DNA of 64,000 nt from Mantamonas sphyraenae STR306 (taxonomy: Eukaryota; Protista; CRuMs), in contig JAPMXV010000053.1 in NCBI GenBank assembly GCA_026936335.1, positions 186,001 to 250,000 on the forward strand, written 5' to 3'. Below, in pieces: positions 1 to 13,102 of this stretch. The notes below the pieces were generated by a model. It saw only the letters and a list, made by a program, of their open reading frames with translations, did no database searches and was not told where the DNA came from. The translations under genes were made by a program, and so were the position numbers. How positions within the stretch are numbered: position 1 is the stretch's first letter; every line of letters starts with the position of its first letter.

Positions 1-2427
1 GCTGTTGCTAGCGGATGAAACCTGTCCGCTGCTGCTGCTGCTGACGGAGGCCGACTCGTCTTCGTCGGCAGGTGGGACAATGGGCTCATTGGGTGTGATG
101 TCGTTGGCACGCATGTAGCTGAGGAATTGGTTGGGGATCTCACTGAGCACCTCCTCGGCCAGCTTGGCGGTGGAGGTGTTGACAAAGTCACGGAAGGGCA
201 CAAACTGCACAATGTCACGCTTGGCCTGGCGTCCCTTGGAATCGCACAGGGGTTCCACGTCAGCGTCCAAACGCTCCATGTTGGCAAAGTTGGCCTGGCC
301 AATGCCCACAATGATGACCGACAGGGGCAGCTCCGAGGCACCCACCAGGCGGTCGATGGTCTTGTCGATGTCTGTGATCTCGCCGTCGGTGAGAATGAGC
401 AGGATGTTGTAGTGCTGGTCCTCCTGCGAGTTGTGTCGTGCGGCCAGGTTGGAGGCGGTGGCGATGACCTCGGCAAAGTTGGTGGGACCAAACAGGGTCA
501 CCGTGTTGACTGCGTTGTAGTAGGCGTCCAACACCCCCTGGATGCCCTCACACTCGGCATCGTCGTAGTTGAAGTTGGCAGGGAAGCAGTGGGAGGTGAT
601 GGGTCCACCCTTGGGGTTGCGTGGGTCGGGCACCTTGGCTCCAAAGCCCCACACGGGGAAACGCTTGTCCGAGTCATAGTTGGCCACAATCTCGCCCACA
701 GCCACAATGGCCTTTTGATAGTCGTTGGGTTGGTACGGGTTCTGGTAGTGCAGGGAGCCCGAGTACAGCTGGTCGCCATTGGAGGCAGTAAAGTCGATGG
801 CCACCATGAGGGAGATCTCACACCCACCACGGATGTAATCCAGGAAGGAGTTGACCTTGGTGAGCACCACGTTGTTCAACACAAGCTTCCCACTGTTCTT
901 GTAGCTCTTCTTCTTGCGCTTGGCCGGATCCTTAAACTCAAACTCCCGCTCGTTTGCCATCAGCTCGCCCATGTCCGTGATCAGCTCGCCGATAAAGTCC
1001 GAGCTGCCCGACCGGTCCCAATCGTAGCACTCAAACTTGATGGGACGCTGCATGTCGCCTCCACACAGGCCCTGCAGCGAAATCATGAACGGGGCCCACG
1101 TAGGGTTCAGGTTCTTCATCACCACCTCTGTTTTGTGCACGGGCGTCCAGTCCCCATCCTCACGCGCCTTGGAAATCACAAGGTAGGGGTCACTCTTGCC
1201 AAAGAAGTCCTTCTTGTCCAAGTTGGTGGCACTGAGTTCAAAGCTGTTTGGATGTGCGTGTGTGGAAGAGCGGGGGGGGGGAATGACGTGAGTGATCAGC
1301 GTGGGAGGACCGAGTATGATGCACAAGGAAACGGTGACAGGGTGCATTGGAAGGCGACCGGGGAAGAGGGAGGGGGGGATTGCAAACACTTGGGGTGAAC
1401 AGCGACTGGGGGAGGGAGGGGATGATACGTACCGGATGTTTGCGTTGAGATCACCCAACTCTTCGGCAGACACAGTCATGGAGCCAACCTGGATGCCGCC
1501 CTTTTTCGAGTTGCTGTGAGAGAGCACAGACAGGTGCGGAAGGAGGACGCGGGGGGGGGTGGCATGGGTACACGTTCATGGGTGTCAGCACAATGGATGG
1601 TTTGGCGGCCGGCGGAAAAGTCTCAAAGAGGGAAAGGAGTGGCCAAGGCCTTACGTCAGCGTGAACGTCTTGCGGCTAAAGGTGTGACCAACAATCTCGC
1701 CAAGGGTGGTGAGCTGTGTGTGCACGAGAGGGTCAGTATGGTGGCAGGGTTGTATGAGCCAACATGTGGGCTGGGGGGGGACAAAAACCATTGGGAGCGG
1801 GCCGCCGCACGAAAACGTACGCACGAGCCGATGTAGTCGTGCCGAGACAAGTCGTTTGTGTCGCTGTCGGCATCCCACACCTCAAACTTGAGGCTCTGGA
1901 CAGTCTCAAAGTAGTAGTCCATGACAATGGGTGTGATGAACACGGGCGAGTTGTTGTCGCTGCAGGGGGCGCACACACAGGGGATTTCACCGGGAGGGAT
2001 GAAGGGGTCAGTGAACACACCACCGCCTCTCGTGTACAACCCGCGCGCATCGTAACAAATGTGGAAGGGGTGCCATCCACGCCACTTACGCAATTCGCTC
2101 GGTGCGTGCCAGCTCCTTAAACTGGGTGCCCTCCTTGATGTATACGACCACCATGGGATCCGAGGCGCTCATGAGGTCCATGGAAGGGAGGTCCCTGGTG
2201 TGGCACAAGGGTTAGTGAATGTGCAACGCAAACCCAGCGGCGGGTGTGGTGTGGACACCAGTGATGGCCTGTTGTGTGACACCATGGTGGGGGTGTGGAA
2301 GGGACGTGGGATGGCTGGAAAGAGCTAGGAGAGAGGGGTGATTAACTCACTTGCACGAGATGTGCAGTTCCACCTTGTGGACGAGCTCGCTCATGTCGGT
2401 CAGGTTTGCGGCCATAGTACTGCTCAT
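1..2427 (-). CDS. Copine (C2-C2-vWA Ca2+-dependent phospholipid-binding protein), 3' end runs off the window
   Basis: Exons 2427-2351, 2194-2090, 1959-1821, 1713-1655, 1513-1433, 1243-<1, all GT..AG and in phase. Translation gives KVELHISCKDLPSMDLMSASDPMVVV, DNNSPVF, LDKKDFFGKSDPY and a vWA region (AIDFTASNG..., FGPTNF), all typical of copines. Confidence 0.93.
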
Positions 2428-2679
2428 GGTGTGCAGGTGATTTTGACACTGTAGGGAGGGGGGAAGGGAGGGGGTGAGTGGGAGTGCGATTTGAGGGAGG
2501 AGTGGAGAGAGAGGAACGGAGTCCCGCAAACTCACCGAATCGGTCGGGTTGGATGCGCGCGTGCGCATGCAGGACGGATGAACTGGGTTCCAACAACACC
2601 ACACAGTGGGTTGTTGTCATCTCATGACACCCGGGGTGGTGGCAACAACCACAGCAGCAACAGCAGCAACAAGACAAGC

Positions 2680-4479
2680 ATGGAGGAGGAGCTGACGACA
2701 GCGTGGAGGCTGTATGAACTGGCTGTGAGCTGCATGGGCATGCATGGATCCGTGTGTGCCATGAGCACCCACCAAAAGGTGCATGAGGGCCACGTATGGA
2801 TGTCCAGCCAATGTCACCGCTGTGTGCACAAGCTCAACCTGACTCGGCAGCCTCTGTGCAAGGTCCTTCTCAGCCTCGTCCGCCAACACGTCGACACCTT
2901 TGGAGATTCAGGGTGGCTATGCATGGCACTGACTTTTGGGTGAGTCCATGGGGATGGTTGTGTTGTGTCTATGTGCAGCCATGCAGTGACAAAGCGAGGG
3001 GCAAAGAGGGGGAGGAGACCACTCACCCACTCACCCACTCACCCACACACACACAGCCTCTTCCACGACCTTCGACGTGCACTGGACCAACCCGAGGACC
3101 ATGGACGCATGGATGTACATAGTATGACACAGGCAGTGCAGGCATGCCGGACATGGTGTCTGCAGTGGCTGGAGCAGGAGGGGCAGGAACTACGCGTGGA
3201 ACTCTCCGTCAGTGACATGGACACACAACTGGACCTGTTGACCTCCTGTCTCCACACCAAAGGCACCTGTGCATTGGATGACCAATCAGCACGCTATCTG
3301 GCCTTGCTTCTGCTCCAGGGCTTTGTGGCCACCGTCAACTCCGGCAACAACAACAACGACTCTACCAAGGAGAAGGAGGCGCAGGGAGGAGCAGAGCCAT
3401 CGTCTGGGGATCTCATGGTCCCATTTGGCTTTGATGCCATGCCTTATGTTCGCTACCTGACCGTCACAGGTCTGGATCCTGGCGAGTCCGTTCTGGAACA
3501 GGCACTCTTGCTTGACTTGCCCTTGTGTCCCTCCACACCCATCCAAGGACTGTTGGACACGCCACACACAAACCTCTGTGTCCTTGTCTATGATGTCCCT
3601 CTGGAGTATGCCATGGCTGATGCCGATGCCTGGCAATCCTCCTCCTCCTCCTCCTCCTCCTCCTCTGCACGCTCTCTGGCCAAACACCTGCCCATCAAAA
3701 CCACCTCTTCCCTTTCGGCCACAGACAGAGACCATCTGCTTGACCAGGAACGTGCTCGCTTGCAGGCCCTGTTTGACCTGTGGTTGGATGCCGGTGTCCA
3801 CATGGTCTTCTGCCAGAAGGGCATCCAGCACTGGCTCAAGCGCAAATGCGCAAAGGCTGGCATTCTCTTTATGGAACGCCTGGGCCTCAGACACACCCCG
3901 GCCGTGTGTTCTCTCTCCGGTGCCGTTGCCCTCTCCCAATTGTACAGTGTGCCCACTGAGGCCATCGGAACTCTCGCCTCCGTTTCACGAGCCACCATCC
4001 ACGCCACAGACTATATCCGCCTCGAACCTGCCCAGGACCAACGTGCCGTCGCCACTCTCGTCCTCTGTGCCCCCGATGAATCCTCCCACGACGAGCTCCT
4101 TGCGGTCTGCAACGGCGCCTTTGTCGTTCTTCGCAAAACACTCCTTTCCAACCCGGTCCAGGCATTGCATGGTCGAGGCCTCGTCGAGTTGGCCCTGGCT
4201 GACCATGTCCAACTCAAGGCAGACTCGCTCTGTGCCCATCCCGACGTCGCCTCCCACCGCGTTGTCCAGCGATCCTTCTCCTTTGTCGCCAGCCTCGTCG
4301 CAGAGCTCTTTCGCGTTGTTGCCGCCCAACTTCAGGACGACGACGAACAAGACACGGAGTCGGGCGACAACGGGCCTCGTATCCTCGACTCCTACCATGC
4401 CAAGCGCAATGCCATCGCCACGGCTTTCGCAGCTGTTCTCACTGTCCTTCGCGTTGACCAGGTCATCGTAGAGCCGTGA
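2680..4479 (+). CDS. MKKS: MKKS/BBS6-like group II chaperonin-related protein (~560 aa)
   Basis: Exons 2680-2939 and 3057-4479 (GTGAGT...CACAG). Motifs SCMG, FGDSG, VFCQKGI..LK......I...ERLG, ATLVLC......DEL...C and the C-terminal ILDS..AK.NA...A resemble MKKS more than canonical CCT subunits. There is no intact GDGTT. Confidence 0.75.
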
Positions 4480-4572
4480 TTTGCCGTTTGAATTTTGATT
4501 GATGTATAAATGTGTACAATGTTTGCTCGCAAGGAAATTGGTTCTCAATCAAAATTTACTCCTTCGTCGTGC

Positions 4573-7500
4573 TCACACGGACTCGGACGTGGCAAAATGC
4601 AGCGCCACCTGTGAGAGGTCGTGCGGAACCTTCTCTGCGAGTAGATCATGTGTGGAAAACACCGTGGACAGCGGGAAGCGGTCGTCGGGGAGCACTCGCT
4701 GCGTGGGCGGGAAGATCGGCTCGGTCGAGTTGGGATGGCGCAGCTTTTCTTGGTTCAGCAGCATCACTGCGCGTGCAATGGGCTCCGCCTCCAACTTGGT
4801 GGGACACAACTCCTTGTCTACCAGCCACTGAGCCAGATCGGTGCCGAGAATGGCGTCCTGCGACGACAATCGCATGTACGTCGTCAGCTGCCGTGTCACA
4901 GGTTCCAGAGCGTAGCCGAGAACCACTCGCACCGAGAGCACGCCCAAAACGGCTTGTTTGATGTTGTGGTGGAGTACGTCTGCACCCAGCTCGCCCCTGT
5001 GGCGCAGCGTCTGGTGCAGCAGGTTGCGGGCGATGGTAGACACACGTCGCTCAAACGCAGCCGTGGTGGCGCACACGTCGATCCAGCCCACCATCTCGCT
5101 GGCAGCCTGCACTTTGCTACGCACCATGTCCTCACCCTCGCCCATGTGCACCCGCTGCAACACTCGCGAAAGCATGGGCGTTGCCAACATGGGCGACATC
5201 GACCCCGAGTGTTCACTGCCCCCTTCCAGGGCTGAGAGGGTTTCCATGGCCAGAATTCCTCGTTCCATGGAGCCCAGTCGACTCGTGCGACTTGCCCTGC
5301 GTGCCGGTGTGTTGTGTCCTGTGCTGCCCATCGTACCTGCCGCCGACAGGGTGCCCATCTCGTAGGCCATGGCATCCCCATTGCTCCACACGTGCACACC
5401 ATGCATGCCACTGTCGTGTGGATGGTGCTTGACAAACGCCGTCTCCGACAGCTCCCGTCCTGCCTCGTCGGCAAAGTGCAGTGCCGTGCCCCACACCTCG
5501 CTGCTGTCGATGGTGCTCTGCACAAGGTATGCACACTGGTACATGATAAGTTGCGACTCATACGCATCATTCGGTGCCAATTCCACCACAGCCTCCTCGG
5601 CGTCCGCAAACAGGCTCTCGTCGCCCGTCAGCAGGGCCACATCCATCAACATGCGATTCAACGCAAACCGAGGCTCCTTCAGATCCTGCCGTTCTGCAGC
5701 GCGTGCATACTGCACCAACTCCTCCTTGGTTTGAAACACACTGTCGTGCTTGAGGCTGTCCTCCAGCATGTAGCTCAACGCACCATACATCAGTGTCTTG
5801 TCGTCCAGCCACGCAGCACTGCGTGCCACCGCACGGAAGTACGGCAGGCCTCCCTGGCCCATGTGTGTGCTGTACTGCAACCTTCCGATGCCAAACAGGC
5901 CCTGGAGCTCCTGTGCTCGCATCCCATGTTTCTGTGCATGTCTCAGCAGTTCCGTGTACACTCCCATGGCTTTGTCGTACCGATGGCTCAGCAACAGAGT
6001 GTCTGCGTACTGATGCAAACAACGAGCACGCACCTTGAGGTAGCCCCACTCGTCCATGCCTTGCAACTCGTCCTTGTCACTCACCTGTGCATGGAGCTCC
6101 AGCGATCGCACAGCCCCTTTGGCTGCACGACGACCATCCGACACGTTGCCCTTGCTCAGCAACTGGTGTGAGTGCTGCAGCATCAGCACCGCCCGGTGCA
6201 GGAAGCTAAACACAAACGCGCACATCTCTCCCATGCTCGCCTGTGCCATGTACCCGAAGCCCAGGTCCATGCAGCACTCAGTACGCAGTGCATGCACGTT
6301 GACAATCAAATGCATGTCCACGTCGTACACCTTGCATGCGTTGCCCAGCATCGTTTCCACATCCAACTCCTCGCCCACAATCGTCTCCTGTCGTCGTGCC
6401 GGATCCAGGCTGTATCCAATCGTTGTCGTCGATGTGCTGCTCATCATTGCTTCGCTGCTCATCTCATCGTCTTCCTCTTCCACCACCACACGTGTGTTGT
6501 CCTCTTCTCCTCCTTCGTCGCTGATCCCACGTGTGTTTCGGTTGGCAAACCGCATCATCAGAGTGCGCCGCGGTCGTTTGCTTCGATTCTTTCGCTGCTC
6601 CCGCTCCTCTTCCATTGTCTGTTGCAGCTGGTACAGCCGTTCCTCGTGTCGCACCCACTGTGGCTTCTTCACCACCTTGGGTTGCGCCTGTGCCAGATTG
6701 AGTTCGTCCAACAGATGGTTGAGCAGCGTGAGACACTGCGAGTGCAATCCGCGTGTGTACAACGATTGGGCAATGTCAAAGATCACACCCGCATGCTTCT
6801 CCTCCGCCTGGAAGTGCGACAGATGGTTCACCACAATCATGGGTGTCAAGTCCACCATCTGATCCTCAATCACCTGCTCCAGGATCATCTGTCGGATGCG
6901 CTGCTGTTCTCGCTCCGTCAGCGACGTCAGTAGCACCCGACGTGCCACCGCACTGTTGAACACATACCACTCGCCACCTCCCACCGTACGATTCACCAGG
7001 AAGTAATTCACCTCCTGCAGATGGAAGAACAGCTCGTCAAACGGCCGGCGATCGTCCACAAAGAACGGCAGCCTGCGTCCCCGTCCCTGATACTGTTGCT
7101 GCTGGTGCTGCTGTTGCTGTCGGGACCGAGCGTTGCCACCACCTCCACTTGTGCTTGGGTTGGATGTGCTCGTGTGCGGCTCCGGGGTGCTCTCTGCCTC
7201 GGACACTGCTTGCCATTCACGCGTGAGACTGCCTGTGCCCAGCAGCGTTTCTGACAAACTGGCCCAATTCTCAAAGACCCCCTCGAGCACACTCAGGGGC
7301 GCCAATCGACCCAACACACTGGCAATGTTGAAGATGGCACGTGTGCGTGGGCCATACCGTTGCGACAGCATGTGCAGAAAGTGTTCGGGGCAGTGCAGGT
7401 GGTTGGTCGAACACACCCATGGATGTGACACCGACGGGTGCAACTTGCCCACCAGACATTGTTCCTTCAAATTCTGCAGCTCCTTGCCCGACATGGTCCG

Positions 7501-10500
7501 CTTCATGAAGCGCATGGCCTTGTCGCTCAGCGTATCTTCATCGGTCGACCCACCGCCACCGTGCAGCTGCACCTTTTCCTCCGGCACCGGTTCCAGCAGC
7601 CCCGACGAACGCACACCCGGCAACTGGCCGAGTGACAGCCGTTGTTCCTTGAGTGCATTCTTGGTGTGCGGTGCATCGTGTCCCACCACCTTGTTCAACC
7701 CGTGTTGGCTCACACCAAATTCCACACTGCTCTTGCTGCGACTGCTGCTGTGTCCCCCTTTGGGACTCTCTGGTTGCACCACCATTCCTGGAAGCTGCAG
7801 TGTCGACATCTGTGTCCCTTCGTCCTGGCTCTTGGATTTGGTTGGGCCTTGCAATGTGGCATCGTCATCGTCATCGTCATCATCGTCATCATCGTCATCC
7901 TCGTCATCCCCGTGGCCACTGACCAGCAATGTACTGCTTCCATCTGTGCCCAGCAGCTTCAGTGAGGGTGTGCGACCTGGTAGGCCACGTGGGGGGCTGC
8001 TGTTTTGGCGTGGTCGTGAGCCACCTCCGATTCCACTCCCAATCTCCAATGCACCTCCGCCTCCGCCTCCGCCTCCGCCGCTGTGGCTGTTGCTCATTGC
8101 CAATGACATGCGCAGTCCACTCGTCGTGTTGGAGCTGCTACGTGCGCGATTGACCCCCTGTCCATCCAGACCTTGGCCAGTTGCAGCTGCCGACTCGTTG
8201 CTCATGGACGACTCTAAGCTGTCCATGCGCAGGTTGCGACGTACCAGAGGCCGATGCAGAATCACAGCCGTGGATGGGTCGAAGCTTTCTGTCCTTTCCA
8301 TCGCCTGCTTGCCGTTGCCGCTGCTGCCTCCTGTGGATGCACCAGCCCCTTTGCTCGGTGTGCTTTTGTGTGTGGATGACTTGCCCGATTCACTGCCACT
8401 TGTGTGTGATGGTGACGCTGCACGGCGTCGTGCTTCGTCCATGAAGCTGTTGATCGATGAGCGTCTGCCCAAGGAGGCATCGCTGAATTTGCGTCGGAAT
8501 CGATTGCTACCCATGCGTGCTCGCCCTGGTTTGAGGGAGTTGTCAATCACCACGGCACTGTGCATGCGCATGGCCAATGAACGCAGCTCTACACGCATCG
8601 AATCCACCGTCTTTTGCGTGCCCCGTGCTGTGGTGCTGCGCTGTCGATGCTTCGGTGCCACCAGGTTGGAGTTGTGTCGTGCCAACACAGGTGCACGCGC
8701 TGCATTGAACTCCTCCTCTGTCAGTTCGCCCGAATGGGCACTGCCACTGCGTCGCATGGCATTCCCTGCGACCCCTGCGGCTCCGTTTCCACCTGTGTTG
8801 TGTGCACTTAGGCTGTTGCGCATGCCTCTGGATGCGTGGTTCCCCATGGGCAGTCCACCACTCGAACCCAAGCTCGACAGGGCCAGGGCACTCACTCGTC
8901 CTCTTGACGCCCCCGATGCCCTGCCATCCTCGGTGGACGATGTCACAGCCCCATCCGATGGTCCTGCGCCATTCAACACAGAATCTTTGCTGTCACTCTT
9001 GCCCATGGCCAGCACGCTTCCTGTGCTTCCGCTGCTGGAGCTCTTGACCACACGCAAAGGCGACGGCTGAGCGCCACTGGCCTGTCTGCCGCTCTGCTGC
9101 GACGGTGGTGGACGGGACAGCATGGGCGACGGTGCAACTGCCATGGATTGAGCATCCAATGGGTCGTCGCGTGAGCCACGGGAGGCCATGGAGCCGCGTG
9201 AGAAGGAGCCACCGGCGGCAGTTTGTACGGCAGAGACATGGATGCGAAAGAGGGCATTGCCACCCCAAATGTTGTTGTCTGTCTCCAGCATACGTCGCAT
9301 GGTGCCCTTGGTAAGATGAGGTTCGTAATGGGCGGTGAGGACAAAGGGGACGCTGCCTGTGCTGGCCAGACGAGTGAGCACGTCGACGGAAAAGTCGTCG
9401 GCCATGTGGATGTTCTGCACAATAATCACCACGGGGAAGAAGGGCATTTCCAACTGCGGGTTTGCCGGTCGGTCGTTGCCCATCACTCCCATCTGACCCA
9501 ACATGTCCCATCCTTGCGATTGCCGCACAAACGACGGTCGCGACGGATTCTTGCCCGCGTTGTAGTGAGTCAACTCACGCAACAGATCCAACACGGACCG
9601 GTACACATCGCCCACTTCCCAATTGTCCGCTGCTGTGCTGTCGTTGTTGATCAACTCCAGAAGCACCGCCAGCGTGTCCTCCTTCAGGCGACGCTCCGTG
9701 GCAAAAGCCAAACAGCGCCTTGCCAGGTGTTGGGTGGAGTGTGCCGCCATGGTTTCGCCTCCAAACAGGGTCCAAAGGATGCGTTGGATGAGCATGGGCC
9801 GCGGAGTGGTCAGCGGCGGTGGTTTGTTGGACGATGATGAGGTGGCAATGTGGTCGGATGGCTGCTGCTTGGCCTGAAGGATGCCATCGAGTTCGTTTGT
9901 GGCGCCCTCCACTGCAAGTGTGGACTCCTTGGCCAACCGTGCAGCTTCTGTGGATTGGTTGACAAACGTGTCGTGTTTGCTGGTGTCGATGGGGTTGTGT
10001 GCACAGTCCAGCCACATGGAGATGGCTTTGCGTTCGCGTACGCGACGATGCCACTCCAGAAACATGTTGTTGAGACGCACCTGGCTGTCCGCCGCACAGG
10101 AAACAATGAGCATGGAGGACTTGGGCAGCCTGTGCAGCGTGTGCTCAAAGTAGAAGGAAAACGGTTCAAACTCGTCGGGTTTGGTCTTGATGCGCCAGTA
10201 CTTGCTGATGAAAAAGGTACGGAAGGAGCCCTTGTAGTCAGCCGAGGACTGGAAGTGGAAGTAGCGGTCGGCATCGGCCTCGTTGGTGCTGATGTCCGAC
10301 AGATAGCTTGCAAATTGACCAATGCGTGCTGGGGAACGCAGGAGGTGGGCCAGGTTCAGATCCACAAGGTCCTTGTTGGTAAAGGTGATGGATTGCAGAC
10401 GCAGGTATGTACACAGGCGCACAATAAGCAACTGGTTCTTGAGTGTAGCCGGTAGCAACACAAACGAGAGGACCAGAATTGGAAGCAAGGGCGCAAGGAA

Positions 10501-12210
10501 AATGGTGGCGATCACGTCGAGATCAGACAAACCCGTGAGCTCAACCACAAGCACAGAGATGGCCACCCACGCCACGGCAGTATACAGTGCAAATCTCTGT
10601 GTTGGGGGAAGAGAAGGCAAAGAGTGTCAGTGATCATGTGTTGGAAATTGGGCAACGGGAGGGAGGGCGGATATGATCGGGAAGGGGGGGGAAACGCACA
10701 AGGCGGTTGATGGGGCTCCAATAGTAGGGTTGAAAGAGCGCTGCAGCGATGGCAAAGAGAACCATGACGATGGAGTAGAAGAAGGAGGCAGCGAGGGAGT
10801 GGCCAGCTGCGTTGAGGGCGACAATGACCACAATGGCAATGGCCTTGAGAACAGTGGTGGAAAACTCAAGGAGCGGGTGCTCGCGACGCAGCAGATGACG
10901 CTGGTGGGGATCCTCTGGATACACAGCAAGGATGACCAGGGCGGCGGTGGCGAGTTGGATGAGAACCAGAAGGACAGCAAGGACAGCCTCCAGACTGTGA
11001 ATGGGTCCCATACAGGAGAAATCGAGGGTTGTGCCTGTGACAGGAGGGAAGCTGCAGACGACGAGTCGGGCACAGAGGAGGATGGAGGGGATGAAGAGGA
11101 CGGTGACAAGGGCCAAGGAAACCGAGTTGAAGTAGCCCAGAAGGAAGCGATTGGTGTCGATGCTGCCATAGTAGAGATTGCTGTGGGGTGGGATGGAATG
11201 GAATGGGGGGAGGTTTGACGTGTCATTGCAGTGTCAGCAGGTGTGCAAGGCAAAGAGGGCAGTGCCGCGGTTTTTGTGTTTTCGTGCGCTTGATGGATTT
11301 TGTTTGTGCGAGCGTTCCGGACTTACCGAGCGATGGTATAGGCGCTTGCAATGGAGATGATGGAGAGGATGGCAAGGACGAGGAGTAGCACGTGGATAAG
11401 CACTGTCGATGATCTGTCCAGGACAAAGTTGAAGACGGAAAAGGCGAGTGCGACGCCGTCTGGGAGCGAGTCGCCAAAGCCCGAGCCTCCTGTGAAGAGC
11501 AGGGCAAAGCTGACCAGTTGAAGGGCTTCGAGAAAGACCTGTAGGATGGGGAAGGCCACGGTGTGGGACCATGTCTCACGTTCAGCCTCGACCAGGGTGA
11601 GGATGAGGCCAAAGAAGGAGCGACGCAAGGCGAGGTGAGGGGTGTTGAGAAAAGGGGTCCGTGTGTGGATGAGCGACCGACTGTGGGAGATCCTGCCTGT
11701 GGTGGTACGTGGGGAGGCACTGTGTGCACTCTTTACAGAGGGTGATGCGTCGTCATCCACTGTGTATGCAAACAAGGTCTGGCGGGTTGCCCCTTTGGGT
11801 TTCCTGGTCTCGTGTGGGTCCTTTCCCGGGTGTTTGGACGGTGTCACTGTCTGGTCGAGTGGATCAAACACGTGTGGGTTGGTTGGGTCACCGAGTTCGG
11901 TGCCAGAGCCGTGGTGACGCGTAAGGAGGGTGGGGGTTGCTGGCGAGCGCGTATTTGCCTCGGCGGCGTCGACCAGCAGGGCTTGCCCCGGCGATGGATG
12001 TGTGGCTTGGTCGTGGAGAGGGGAGTCACTGTGTTCGCTGTGTTTCTTTGCAGAGCGCGCCCGTGTGTGATGTGTGGAGGTCGGCTGACCCTGTGAGCGA
12101 GCCGGAGAGGCGGGCGCTTTGGTGACCCCATGCGAGGGTATCCTGCTTGCAGACGAGGAGGCAGGAGAAGACGAGGCCACCGCATGTGATGATGCGTGTG
12201 GCACGTCCAT
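4573..12210 (-). CDS. 2462-aa protein: N-terminal multipass membrane region (TmcB-like), degenerate STAND/AAA NTPase with winged helix, TPR-like C-terminal helices
   Basis: Exons 12210-11327, 11180-10700 and 10596-4573 join in frame (7389 nt). Many hydrophobic helices (LEALQLVSF, FQPYYWSPINRL). Walker-B-like PVVIIVQNIHMADDFSVDVL, winged-helix-like IFNIASVLGR and YVFNSAVARRVLL. Confidence 0.75.
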
Positions 12211-12353
12211 GGTTTGTTCGTCGTCTGATATAGACACTCCCTCGACACGGGTGTCTGTGAGTGTGAGTGTGAGTGTGGGTGTGTTGCTGCGCAGCACTTG
12301 CTTTGCGGCAAAGGGCGCAGTCTGTCTGCGCAGACACATCCACTCCAACACTC

Positions 12354-13043
12354 ATGTCCACATCGTCAGCGTCGTCGTCAGGAATCTCATTGAGACTGCC
12401 CAATCGACGATTGCCCGCAGCAGAGTTGCACTATCTGCCATGCAACGTGGACGAAACGGGCAAGGCTCGCGTGGCAACCTTTTTCCAGCCGCAGCTGATG
12501 AAGGAGGGTGACAGAGACAAGAGTGCCCCCGAGTATGGCTCAGGTGAGGGCATTACATCGGCTGCCAAAAAGCCAAAGCGGGGGCGGACAGAGGAGGCGC
12601 AGGAGGGCCTGCAGGAATCCGACGGGGGTGATCAGACGTCGCAGCTGCAGGATGTCAAACGAGCGCGTGTGGAGGTCCCTACAGGAGCGAGTGGCAATGG
12701 GGAGGAGGAGGAGGCGGTGTGGAGGGCAACGTTGCGTGGGAGGGAGCTTGTGGGCAAGGAGATGGAGGTGCCGAAGAAGGTGAAAGGGTGGGTGGTGGGT
12801 GCGCCCAGCACAGACACGGCGGCAGTGGCGCAAGTGCTGGCCAAGTTTGAGCGGTACACATACTGGAACCACGACGACGTGCCATCGGAAACAGACACAG
12901 TGCAGGCGGCCATGGACTGGTTCACCATGAGCAAGTTGGTCCATGGGCCAGCCGAGGAGGGCGACGGGGAGGCGGATGCTGGGTGCACCTTTCAGGAGCT
13001 GCAGGCCCAGCTTCTGGCTCAGCAGCAGCAAGAAAATGTGTAA
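12354..13043 (+). CDS. RNASEH2C: Ribonuclease H2 subunit C (229 aa)
   Basis: LHYLPCNV..TG.ARV..FF, ATLRGRELVG, F..YTYWNHD.VP...D....A.DW are the signature blocks of RNase H2 subunit C. Confidence 0.92.
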   Translation: MSTSSASSSGISLRLPNRRLPAAELHYLPCNVDETGKARVATFFQPQLMKEGDRDKSAPEYGSGEGITSAAKKPKRGRTEEAQEGLQESDGGDQTSQLQDVKRARVEVPTGASGNGEEEEAVWRATLRGRELVGKEMEVPKKVKGWVVGAPSTDTAAVAQVLAKFERYTYWNHDDVPSETDTVQAAMDWFTMSKLVHGPAEEGDGEADAGCTFQELQAQLLAQQQQENV

Positions 13044-13102
13044 CAAACAATGGGTAGACTTTTTCTCTTATGCACGTCTCCTTGTGTGTGTGTGTGTGTG
13101 GT

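Noticed and set aside
127-1398. 423-aa plus-strand ORF and many other long antisense ORFs (e.g. 7133-9070, 23965-25800, 59747-62209)
   Set aside because: These are shadow frames of real genes on the opposite strand in GC-rich DNA, with no recognisable motifs.
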